From assembly GCF_006345805.1 (NCBI RefSeq), contig NW_021824353.1, positions 1-19,137 on the forward strand: DNA of 19,137 nucleotides, in the 5' to 3' direction. The notes below the pieces were generated by a model. The model saw only the letters and a program-made list of their open reading frames with translations. It made no database searches and was not told the origin of the DNA. The first letter of the stretch is position 1. Every line of letters begins with the position of its first letter. This document shows positions 9,288-18,355 of this stretch, in pieces. The stretch is from Octopus sinensis. Taxonomy: Eukaryota. Position numbers and translations under genes: made by a program.

Positions 9288-9655
9288 GGCACGCAGGTGT
9301 AGATCTGTGTTATAAGAAGCTTGTTTCAGAGTCATATAGTTCCGCGTTCAATCCCACAGCCTGGCACCTTCGGTTGTGTCTTCTGGTATAGCCTCGGGCC
9401 GGCCAATGCCTTGTCAGTGAATTTGGTGGACGGAAATTGAAAGAAACATTGTGTTTGTGTGAGTATCCTCCACCACCGCTTCACAACCGGTGTTGGTGAA
9501 TTTATGTCCCCCTAAGCTATCGGTTCGGTGATAGAGACCGATGGAATAAATACCAGGCTTCCAAAAAGTACTGGAGTCGATTCATTCGACGAAAGTTCTT
9601 CCAGGTGGTGCCCCAGCATGGCCGCATTCTAATGACTGACACAAGTAAAACATAT
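9288..9655 (+). mobile_element. Family A SINE, diverged, full length
   Basis: Head, GGCACCTT..GTGTCTTCT, GACGGAAATTGAAAGAA, body and GGTGCCCCAGCATGGCCGCA tail. Confidence 0.85.
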
Positions 9656-9680
9656 AGGATATATGTATGTGTTTGTGTGC

Positions 9681-9945
9681 GAAGGTGCAGAGCCCAATGG
9701 TTGGGTCATTGCACGCACGATCGGTAGATCGTGGGTTCGATTCCCAGCCTGGATGTCGTGTTGTGCTCTTGGGCAAAACACTTCATTTAACGCTGCTCCT
9801 GTCCACTTGGCTGTGGGCCTTCCGATCAGGGATAACGTTGGCCTGTTCGCTTCGCCGGAAGGGTGACATCATTCGAAAGCTAAAACCATGCGAAGCGCAT
9901 TGTGACCAGTGATATAGAACATCCGATACTCTGGTCGATACTGTG
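9681..9945 (+). mobile_element. tRNA-derived CORE-type SINE, family D (C-like head, different tail)
   Basis: B-box GGTTCGATTCCC, CORE-like CTCTTGGGCAAAACACTT; tail 9892-9939 is shared with the reverse complement of 17216-17263. Confidence 0.75.
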
Positions 9946-9967
9946 TCTTTGACTTCTGTATTTTATG

Positions 9968-10320
9968 CTTTTCTTTTTGTTTTAGTCATTGGACTGCGCC
10001 CATACTGGGGCACTGCCTTGGAGGGTTTAGTCAAACAAATCGACCACAGTACTAGTCTATTGGTCTCTTATTCCAAACCGCTAAGTTATGAGAACACAAG
10101 CAAACCAACACCTGTTGTCAGGAGGTGGTCGGGTGGACAACCATGAAGACACACACACACACACACATATATACATATGGCGGGCTTCCTCACAGTTTCC
10201 GTCTACGAAATTCACTCAAAGCATTTGTTGGCCTGGGCTATAAAAGAAGACAGTTGCTGAAGGTGTCACATATTGACGCTGAACTCAAAATCACGTGGTT
10301 GGGAAACAAGCTTCTAAAGT
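9968..10320 (-). mobile_element. Family A SINE, diverged
   Basis: TAGTCATTGGACTG, AAATCGACC, AACCGCTAAGTTA, GGCGGGCTTC..CAGTTTCCGTCTAC. Confidence 0.85.
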
Positions 10321-10324
10321 AGAT

Positions 10325-10488
10325 ACTTACTCTGTCGGTGCCTATTTGCCTATCTGTAAAGTTATCGAGGTATAAACAAACCAGCAACCATTGTCAGGCT
10401 GGTGAGAACCAAAAGCTCACACGTGGATTCACTCACAAACCCGGGGCTATAGTAGAAGACACTTGTCTGAGGTGCCACGCACTAGGAC
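10325..10488 (-). mobile_element. Family A SINE, highly degraded
   Basis: GGCTATAGTAGAAGACACTTG..AGGTGCCACGCA is clear; upstream body degenerate. Confidence 0.7.
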
Positions 10489-10664
10489 TGACAACCGATG
10501 TCGGTATGTTTACGTCCCCGTAACCTAGCGGTTCTGCAAAAGAGACTGATAGAATAAGTACTAGGCTTGCGAAGAATAAGTCCTGGGGTCGATTTGTTTG
10601 ACTAAAGGCGGTGCTCCAGCATGGTCTCAGTCAAATGACTGAAACAAGTAAAAGAGTAAAAAGA
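10489..10664 (+). mobile_element. Family A SINE, 5'-truncated, well preserved
   Basis: Near-identical to the reverse complement of the tails at 665-850 and 8811-8990; ends GTAAAAGAGTAAAAGAG. Confidence 0.9.
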
Positions 10665-10705
10665 GTATATGTGTGTGTTGTATTTGTGTGTGTGTGTGTG
10701 TGGCA

Positions 10706-10908
10706 TAACAGGGGTTACGAAAAAGTTATCGCAGAAGGCCTGGTTGGAGGTCCAACGTTCCGAATTCTTTTACAGGGCTTAGAAAAACTGAAGGACCACT
10801 GCAATAAGTCTGTGGATCTGAGAGGGGAATATGTTGAACAAAATCATAATTAACTGATCCTCCTCTATTTCCTTTTTCTAAAGGCAGGAACTTTTCAGCA
10901 CACCCTTA
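10706..10908 (+). mobile_element. Mariner-derived non-autonomous element (MITE), copy 1
   Basis: Right TIR GGAACTTTTCAGCACACCCTTA; degenerate left TIR. Interior encodes LLQGLEKLKDHCNKSVDLRGEYVE, resembling the mariner transposase C-terminus (..G+.KL..RW.KC+...G.Y.E). Confidence 0.8.
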
Positions 10909-10910
10909 TA

Positions 10911-11030
10911 GATTAAGTACTGGGCTTACAAAGAATAAGTCCCGGGGTCTATTTGTTCGACTAAAGGCGGTGCGTGCTCCAGCATGGCCGCAGTCAAATG
11001 ACTGAAACAAGTAAAAGAGAGAAAAAGAAA
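10911..11030 (+). mobile_element. Family A SINE 3' tail fragment
   Basis: AAGAATAAGTCC..GGGGTC..CGACTAAAGGCGGTGC..CAGTCAAATGACTGAAACAAGTAAAAGAG. Confidence 0.9.
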
Positions 11031-11039
11031 AGCAAGAGA

Positions 11040-12543
11040 TATATATATAAAGATCCTATATTTGAATTTTGTGTGTATAAGCATTCGGCTCTGTCTATGT
11101 ATGTCAGCATGATTATGGTGTGTGAATCTGTGCTAATTTGTATATGGAGAATGTGTGTGTGAGGCCGCGTAATAATTGCTCCGAATGCATGTATTGTATG
11201 TAGGAATCTCTGCGCATATTTTTATAAAGTGCAGTGTATGCGTATATGGATGTGTATATGCCTCAATCTATACATGTGTCAGCGCGATTTGCTGTCTGGA
11301 TCTGTGTGTGTATATATATATATATTTTGTGTGTGCGTGTTAATCTCTCCATGTATGCGTACTGGCGTGTATATGCATGTATGTACGGATCTCCGTATAT
11401 ATATTTGTTGTCAGTGTGTTGTGTGTGTTAATCACATTGTAAATATGTGTATATATATATATATACGGAACTGTATATTAATATCTCAACGTGCTGTGTG
11501 TGAGAGATTGTGGGTGTATATATCTGGCTCTATTTACATGTGTCAGCGTAATTCGGTGTGTGTGTGTATGTGTAAAGCTGTGTGCATGTATGTTTTGAGT
11601 ATATATATGCATGTTTGTGCATTATTCACTCCGTGTGAGTGTGTAATATATGTCAATGAGCTGTATATGTGTGTGTGTGAATCTGCGTGTATATATGCTA
11701 GTTGAATGTGCGATGTATGCATGTATATGTATGTGTGTGCATGTTGAATGTACGTAAATGTGTGTATATGGCTGTGTATGTGTATGTATAATGCACATCG
11801 TATGTGCATGCGTATATAAACATATCTGTTTATATGTCAATGTGTGTTTATATCCGTGTGTGTGTGTGTGTGGTTCCGTTTATGTGTGTCTGCGTATTTT
11901 GGTCTGTGTGTATCGAGTTCTGTGTATACATGTGTTGCATGTATATTTAGGTGTGTGTGTGTGTGTGTGGTGTGTGTGTGTTAAGCATTCCGTGTGTGCG
12001 TGCGTGCTTAACTGTTTGTGTCAGCGAAATTCGATGCGCACGTGTATGTGTATATATGGATCTGTGTGTATATATATGTCCCAGGTGTTCTGTGTAGGCG
12101 CGTATGGCTCCATGTGTGTAGCGTGTGTTTGCTGTTACGTTTGTATGTATGTGCATTTGGTGTATGCATGTGTATGCGTGTATGTGTCTGTCGACGTTAT
12201 ACCGCACGTGTATATGTGTATATACGCTTGCCTCTGTGTATGTATGTGCTGCGCATTTTCTAATGTGTGTGTTTGTGTACGTTTGTGTACACACATACTT
12301 ATATAATAATATACATATATGTGTATATTTGTGTAGGTCTGTGTGTGTGTTTGTGTGTGTGAAACTATGTATACATGCTTCAGTGCTCTATGTGTGTATA
12401 TATTTATGTGTGTGAATCAACGTGTGTGTGTGTTATATATATGTATAGGCGTGTGTATTTGTGTCAGTCTGTCTGTATGGCATAATGTATATATGTATAT
12501 ATGTACGACTGTTTGTGTGTGCATATGTATTTATCGATATGTG

Positions 12544-12574
<31 letters not shown>

Positions 12575-13288
12575 TATCGTACAGGCTTTAGTTCTGTTCG
12601 GTTGTGTATGCAGGTGCGCGTGTATGTTTGTATATATGTAATCTCATTTTCGTGTGTTCCTATGCGTTGCGCATGCATACCTGCCGTCGTGTGTGTGTGC
12701 GTGTGTGATGTGCATGCACTTTTGGCGTAGTGTAAGAGTGTGTGTGTGTGTGTATGTGCGTATATTTATACATGCGTGTGTGGGTGTTTTCGCGCGCTTC
12801 CAAACTGTGACAGCGCAGCAATAGTTGCCTCTATTACGCATGCGCAGAACCAACGCCACTGCGTCTCCATGTATTTGTGTTTGTATACGTATCTATATGT
12901 GTGTGTGTGTGTGTGTATAATATAATGTGTGGTGTATATTATATAGGTTGTATCTGCAGTCAGGCATATATATATTTATGATAAAGAAAACAAACGCAAC
13001 CACATATTTACACACACGCACACACACACACACACATGCACACATGCACACACACACACACAGACACACACACATATGCAAATTTATACGTACAGAAAGT
13101 GGCACATTTTCTTTAATGTACGTACACTGTGTTCAACCGATGTGTACGAATTTGTATATTGTATGTATATGCCTGCGTACATATATGCATGTATAAGTGT
13201 GTATATGTGTATGTTTTTATGTATGTAGTTATGTGTATCTATGCATTATATGTATGTATTTATGTATGTGTGTATGTATGTATGTATG

Positions 13289-13319
<31 letters not shown>

Positions 13320-13466
13320 GAATCTATGTTTGTGTGTATGTATATGTATGTATTTATGTATGTATGTATGTATATGTATGTATGTATGTATGTATGTAAT
13401 GTATGATGTTAGGTATGTATGTATTTATGTATGTATGTATTTATGTATGTTTGTATGTATTATATG

Positions 13467-13497
<31 letters not shown>

Positions 13498-14730
13498 TGT
13501 ATGTATATGTATGTATGTATGTATTTATGTATGTATGTATGTATTTATGTATGTATGTATTTATGTATGTGTATGTATGTATGTATGTATGTATATATAT
13601 GTATGTGTGTATGTATGTATTTATGTATGTATATGTATGTATGTATTATGTATGTATATGTATGTATATATTTGTGTATGTATTATGTGTATACATATAT
13701 GCATGTATTTATGTGTGTGTATATATTTATGTATTATTTATATGCATGCATGAGTGCGTAATATTCATACACATACGTTTGTGTGTGTGTATATATATAT
13801 TCGAATCTACACTCGGTAAATGTATCTCATTGTATCTCTATCGACATAAGTACGCATTCACACTCACATATATACACATACACATACACACTCAATATAC
13901 ACATACGCACACGCGCACGCATATCATCTCAGCGACTGACACGCACCTGTATGTATATCACACACACATGCATTCATACGCAATTGCGAACACACGCACC
14001 TGCGCGCGCATGCACGCGCATACATGCGCGCGTACACACCTTCACGTCTCTCAGAAGCGACGTATTTCCACCGTGCAGTGTCTTGTATCTTTATAATGCA
14101 TTTTACATAGATGTACGTCTGAGGAGTCCTTATTCAATTTTAAGCTTTGAGTATGTCAAAATTGCACAAGGTCTTCGCAATGACCTTGTGTGCGTATGTA
14201 TACACACGCACACGTGCTCTAATTTCTACTGTCTCATTCTCTTTCTGTCCCTCTCTCTTCCTCCCTCCCTCTCTCCTTCCCTCCCCCTCTTTCTCTCTCT
14301 CTCTCTCTCAAATCGGATATGTGTATTTCACTTTGTATGCGTATGTGAAGCAAGCGCATAGACATACCTGTGTGTGTATGTATGTATATATTTATGTGTG
14401 TATGTATATATATATATATAATGTATATATCTGTTTGTGTATGCATACATTTATGTGTGTGTATATATATATATATATATATTATGTATGTGTTTGTGTA
14501 TATGTAATGTATGTATATATGTGTATGTATATATATATATACGTGTGCATGTATGTGTGTATATATATATATATATATAATATATATATAATATATATAT
14601 ATGAAAGTAAACAAAGATATATACACATACACACCCGTACAATCGATCACCGACTTCTCTGCTCGCATACATGTGTGTGAGTGTGTGGTGTGTGCGTGTG
14701 TGTGAGTGTGTGTGTGTGCGTGTGCGTTAG
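11040..14730. repeat. ~3.7 kb compound low-complexity block: degenerate (TG)/(TA), (TATG)n core ~13190-13750, CA-rich segments ~13000-13080 and ~13860-14040, (CT)-rich 14230-14310
   Basis: Seen directly; source of all YV/CV/MY/HT-repeat ORFs. Confidence 0.95.
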
Positions 14731-15004
14731 GCCAGCCCTAACCCACAAAACTTTTAACTAAACATTAAAGGTGCTTCAGCACCCGTGAGTGTGTGAGGGT
14801 GTGTGAGTGTTCGAAAAAACTGAATAGAAATGGTTTTTCTGATAATTCTTCCACTTTAATAATTAGATATTTACAAATTATAATAAACGTATTATAAGCC
14901 CCTAATTATTAAGGACGAAAAATGCGAAAAAAATATTTCTATTCTTTTATTTGTGTTTTCAAATATATAATTATATAATACTGTACCATGTTTTTAATTC
15001 TATT

Positions 15005-15075
15005 AATATATATATATTAATATATATATATATATATAATATATTAACATATATAATATATATATTAATATATAA
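15005..15075. repeat. AT-only low-complexity tract
   Basis: Seen directly. Confidence 0.9.
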
Positions 15076-15077
15076 CA

Positions 15078-15125
15078 GCGGTGGTGCCCCAGCATGGCCG
15101 TGGCCTTCGGGCTAAAACATTTTTG
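15078..15125 (+). mobile_element. Family A-related SINE terminal fragment
   Basis: GGTGGTGCCCCAGCATGGCC matches 9603-9625. Confidence 0.55.
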
Positions 15126-15269
15126 AAGGATTTATATACATACATATATAATAGACATACATCAGAGATAGTCGCTTATGAATATACATACGCACACACG
15201 CGCTCGGCCACCAACTTACGCAAGCTATACTTACAATACAACTTAAAGACATGCGACAGTTTGAAAGTC

Positions 15270-15410
15270 AGCGCAATGTAGTGCGCTGCGCATGCGCTCA
15301 TGACATTTTACTTTCACTTTCATTTCGCTTAAGTACTGTAATGTCACTTGACGTAGGAATCATGTTACGTCACACCACGTTGTAGCATCACATCTCGTAA
15401 TTGACGTCTA
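15270..15410. promoter_or_regulatory. Candidate cis-regulatory module (NRF1-like, IRF-E/ISRE-like and CRE-like motifs)
   Basis: TGCGCATGCGC 15287-15297; ACTTTCACTTTCATTTC 15310-15326; TGACGT 15349-15354; TTACGTCA 15365-15372; TGACGTC 15402-15408. Motif match only. Confidence 0.35.
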
Positions 15411-15427
15411 TATATCGTGTGATATAT

Positions 15428-15700
15428 AGGCGTGGCTGTGTGGTAAGAAGCTTGCTTCCAATCAACATGGCTCTGGGTTCAGTCCCTCTGCGTGGCACCT
15501 TGGGCAAGTTCCTTCTACTATAGCCTTGGGTTGACCAAAGCCTTGTGAGTGGATTTGATGGATGGAAACTGAAAGAAACCCGTGTATGTGTTTGTCCCCG
15601 TCGCCATCACTGCTTGACAACCGGTGTTAGTGTGTTTACGTCCCAATAACTTAGCAGTTCGGCAAAAGACATCGATAGAATAAATACCAGAATAAGTACC
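15428..15700 (+). mobile_element. Family A SINE lacking the 3' terminus
   Basis: TGGCTGTGTGGTAAG, GGGTTCAGTCCC, CACCTTGGGCAAG; body to GATAGAATAA. Confidence 0.9.
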
Positions 15701-15794
15701 CTTCCGAGGCACTCGATGTGTAATTCGATGTGTAATTCTCTAACCAAATATATTGCGCTCTGATGAAGCTATAACGTGTATATATATATACACA

Positions 15795-16000
15795 AACGGG
15801 GTGCTGAAAAGTTCATAAGGCTATCGCGAAAAGTTTGGTTGGAGGCCCAAACTTTCTGAATTCTTTTACAGGGCTTAGAAAAACTGAAGGACCGCTGCCA
15901 ATAAGTGTGGGAATCTCAGAGCGGTATATGTTGAGTAAAATCATAATTAACTGATTCTCCTGTATTTTCTTTTACCCAAAGCCAAGAACTTCAACATACA
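15795..16000 (+). mobile_element. Mariner-derived MITE, copy 2
   Basis: Left TIR GGGGTGCTGAAAAGTTC is complementary to the right TIR of copy 1. Interior GAATTCTTTTACAGGGCTTAGAAAAACTGAAGGACC is identical to that of copy 1. Confidence 0.8.
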
Positions 16001-16148
16001 CACACACACACACACGCACACGCACACGCACATAACACACACCACACACACACACGTTTCATTGTATCTCTCTTCGGGATATATCTTCCAATGTGACAGA
16101 TTTGTCAGTATGCTATGCAAAGTTTCATTTCTGCAATTCCTTCTCTAG

Positions 16149-16160
16149 GGTGTGTGTGGG
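16149..16160 (+). other. Candidate 12-nt microexon (GGTGTGTGTGGG)
   Basis: TTTCATTTCTGCAATTCCTTCTCTAG|GGTGTGTGTGGG|GTGAGT: strong pyrimidine tract, consensus donor, frame-preserving length, stop-free in all frames. Confidence 0.35.
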
Positions 16161-16288
16161 GTGAGTCCATGACACGTGGTGCGATGGGAGTGGCATGGTG
16201 GGGGATGTTTTAGGAAATCTGCTAAGCTTCCTGATTAGCCTAGATGTGATACTGATGTGATGAAACATTGCTCCATTCTTCAAAAACC

Positions 16289-16589
16289 GGCGTCACTCTG
16301 TCGGTTACGACGACAAGGGTCTCTGTTGATCCGATCAACGGACCAGTCTGCACGTGAAATTAACGTGCAAGTGGCTGAGTACTCCACAGACACGCATATC
16401 CTTCATGTGGTTCTCGGAGAGATTCAGCGTGACATAGTGTGATAAGGCTGGCCTTTTGAATTACAGGTACAACTTATTTTCGCCCGCCGAGTAGACTGGG
16501 GCAAACTGAAATAAATTGCCGCTGGGAATTGAACTCGGAGCCTTAGAATTGTGAGCTGGTTACGCGATCCACTAAGCCACAGGCCTTCA
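16289..16589 (-). mobile_element. Family C SINE
   Basis: Colinear with 5694-6013 (CACTCTGTCGGTTA, GAAATTAACGTGCAAGTGGCTGAG, CAGGTACA, CCACTAAGCCAC..GCCTTCA). Confidence 0.85.
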
Positions 16590-16598
16590 CTAAAAAAT

Positions 16599-17149
16599 GG
16601 CACTCCGTCCACTACGGCCATGACCATTCCAGTTGATCCAATCAATGGAACAACCTGTTCATGAAATTAACATACACACATACCTATTTCTTTATTACCC
16701 ACAAGGGGCTAAACACAGAGGGGACAAACAAGGACAGACAGACGAATTAAGTCGATTACATCGACCCCAGAGCGTAACTGGTACTTAATTTATCGACCCC
16801 GAAAGGATGAAAGGCAAAATCGACCTCGGCGGAATTTGAACTCAGAACGTAACGGCAGACGAAATATGGCTACGCATTTCGCCCGGCGTGCTAATGTTTC
16901 TGCCAGCTCGCCGCCTTAATGTACCCTTAATGTAGTTCGCAGGGCGAATCAGCGTTATACAAAACGTGCTAAGGCTGAGCCTTTGAAATTCAGGTATAAC
17001 TCATTTTTTGCCTCCATTTTTTTCCAGCTGTGTGGACTGAAGCAATGTGGAATAAAATATCTTGCTGAAGGACACAACCCGCCGACGGGAATCGAACTCC
17101 TGATTTTACGACTGTAATACGAACAACTGAACCAGTGGACCATCCTTCA
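16599..17149 (-). mobile_element. Family C SINE, diverged, split by a nested family B insertion
   Basis: C tail at 16599-16672; C body and head resume at 16917-17149. Confidence 0.75.
16679..16916 (-). mobile_element. Family B SINE, full length, well preserved
   Basis: Minus strand AGGCGGCGAGCTGGCAGAAAC...GAGTTCAAATTCC (B-box)...GCCTTTCATCCTTTCGGGGTCGATAA...tail. Confidence 0.9.
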
Positions 17150-17199
17150 AGTGACGTATATCGCTTATTAGTGTCACTCTGGGTCCACACAGATACATA

Positions 17200-17430
17200 T
17201 CACCGTATCGCCTCCATCGACCAGACTTTCAGATGTTTTACATCGCTACTCACAGAGCGCTTCCAACTCTTTCTTCTTTGCGCCAGCCTTTTCCATGTTG
17301 ACCCAAATTGCTTCACTAAACCCTCTTCTCATTGTCGTGGGAGACTTCTGAAGTGGCCTTTTCCGATTTCTTGGTAGCCCCTTGGCGACTGGACACGTTG
17401 TTGATCATGTTGTTTACTCCACTTCGTTCT
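17200..17430 (-). mobile_element. Probable 3' end of a non-LTR retrotransposon ORF2 (RTE-like), degenerate
   Basis: One minus frame reads ...SLPRQ*EEGLVKQFGSTWKRLAQRRKSWKRSVSSDVKHLKVWSMEAIR*, resembling the RW.D.....G..W.R.AQDR..W terminal motif of RTE-type ORF2. Confidence 0.5.
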
Positions 17431-17489
17431 CGAATCACCTTGTTTCGGGGTTACATTGACAACATTACCAGTTATCAAGCAGTGAGGAT

Positions 17490-17660
17490 CACACACACAC
17501 ACACAACACACCACAACACACACACACAACACACACACACACACACAACACACACCATATAATATATATATATATATATATATATAATATAATATATATA
17601 TCTATATATATATAATATATATATATTAATTATATCTATAGTGTGTGTGTGTGTGCGTGC
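17490..17660. repeat. (CA)n-(TA)n-(TG)n compound microsatellite
   Basis: Seen directly. Confidence 0.9.
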
Positions 17661-17699
17661 ACGACGCATATTTCCCCTCCACCAATACTCTCACATGGT

Positions 17700-17752
17700 T
17701 TTTTGTTAGACCCTAGGCTATAATAGAAGACACTTGCCCAAGGTGCCACGCC
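17700..17752 (-). mobile_element. Family A SINE CORE fragment
   Basis: GGCTATAATAGAAGACACTTGCCCAAGGTGCCACGC. Confidence 0.8.
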
Positions 17753-18355
17753 TATAACTTTTTTCAAAACAAAAAAATGAAATAAGCAAGCAAAGGGAAA
17801 TAAATCAAACGAGCCAAAGACATGCAATTCGATGAATACGATAACAAACAACCCCAGCATCACCACCATCACTACTGAAATGATTTACACGAATAATTAT
17901 CAGTCAATTTACACCTTCCGTCTTAGAGAGAGAAATATAGAACGAAGTCGTAGCTGTTAGAAACTGTTACAGATAATTTCAAGAAATTAAGCGTTAATTT
18001 CACAAAATTTATTAGCAGTTGAGGTGAAAATTTGATCTTGCCTATCTAGCTATCGAAATGATGGATATGTATGAAAGCTAAAGACATACTTAGCCGAGAA
18101 TTGCTACATGTACTTTTATTGTGTGTGCATACAAACATGAAGAGTTTCATGGCGTATAATCGTACATATAAATACGTAAATTGCGTATATGTTTGGTAAA
18201 TATTTACAATACACTGCGTGTTAGTACATAACTAGGTATGTTTCTTGTGTCTGTATATATGTGTTCTGTCTTGTAAAAATCCTCGACGTGTAGTATATTT
18301 GAGGATGTGTGTGTGCATATATATGTATGTCTGCATATGTATGTTTGTATGTATA

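Noticed and set aside
10325-10664. Minus/plus family A junction as a twin-priming inversion
   Set aside because: The two parts overlap in SINE coordinates and differ strongly in divergence; a younger truncated insertion into an older copy explains it better.
11229-14680. Many long ORFs (up to 225 aa) rich in C/V/Y/M or H/T
   Set aside because: They are translations of TG/TA/TATG/CA repeats, which lack stop codons in several frames; no domain-like content.
14730-14960. CCCTAACCC motif and AT-rich tail suggesting a Helitron or telomeric remnant
   Set aside because: Single motif, with no terminal hairpin plus CTRR end and no TTAGGG array.
15750-15835. CTGATGA (15760-15766) with downstream GAAA as a possible hammerhead ribozyme
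   Set aside because: Only a 3-bp stem II is possible, I found no convincing stems I and III or cleavage triplet, and the GAAA belongs to the mariner TIR.
665-17149. tRNA-like A/B boxes as possible tRNA genes
   Set aside because: Each is fused to a CORE or body module and lacks a complete cloverleaf; they are SINE heads.
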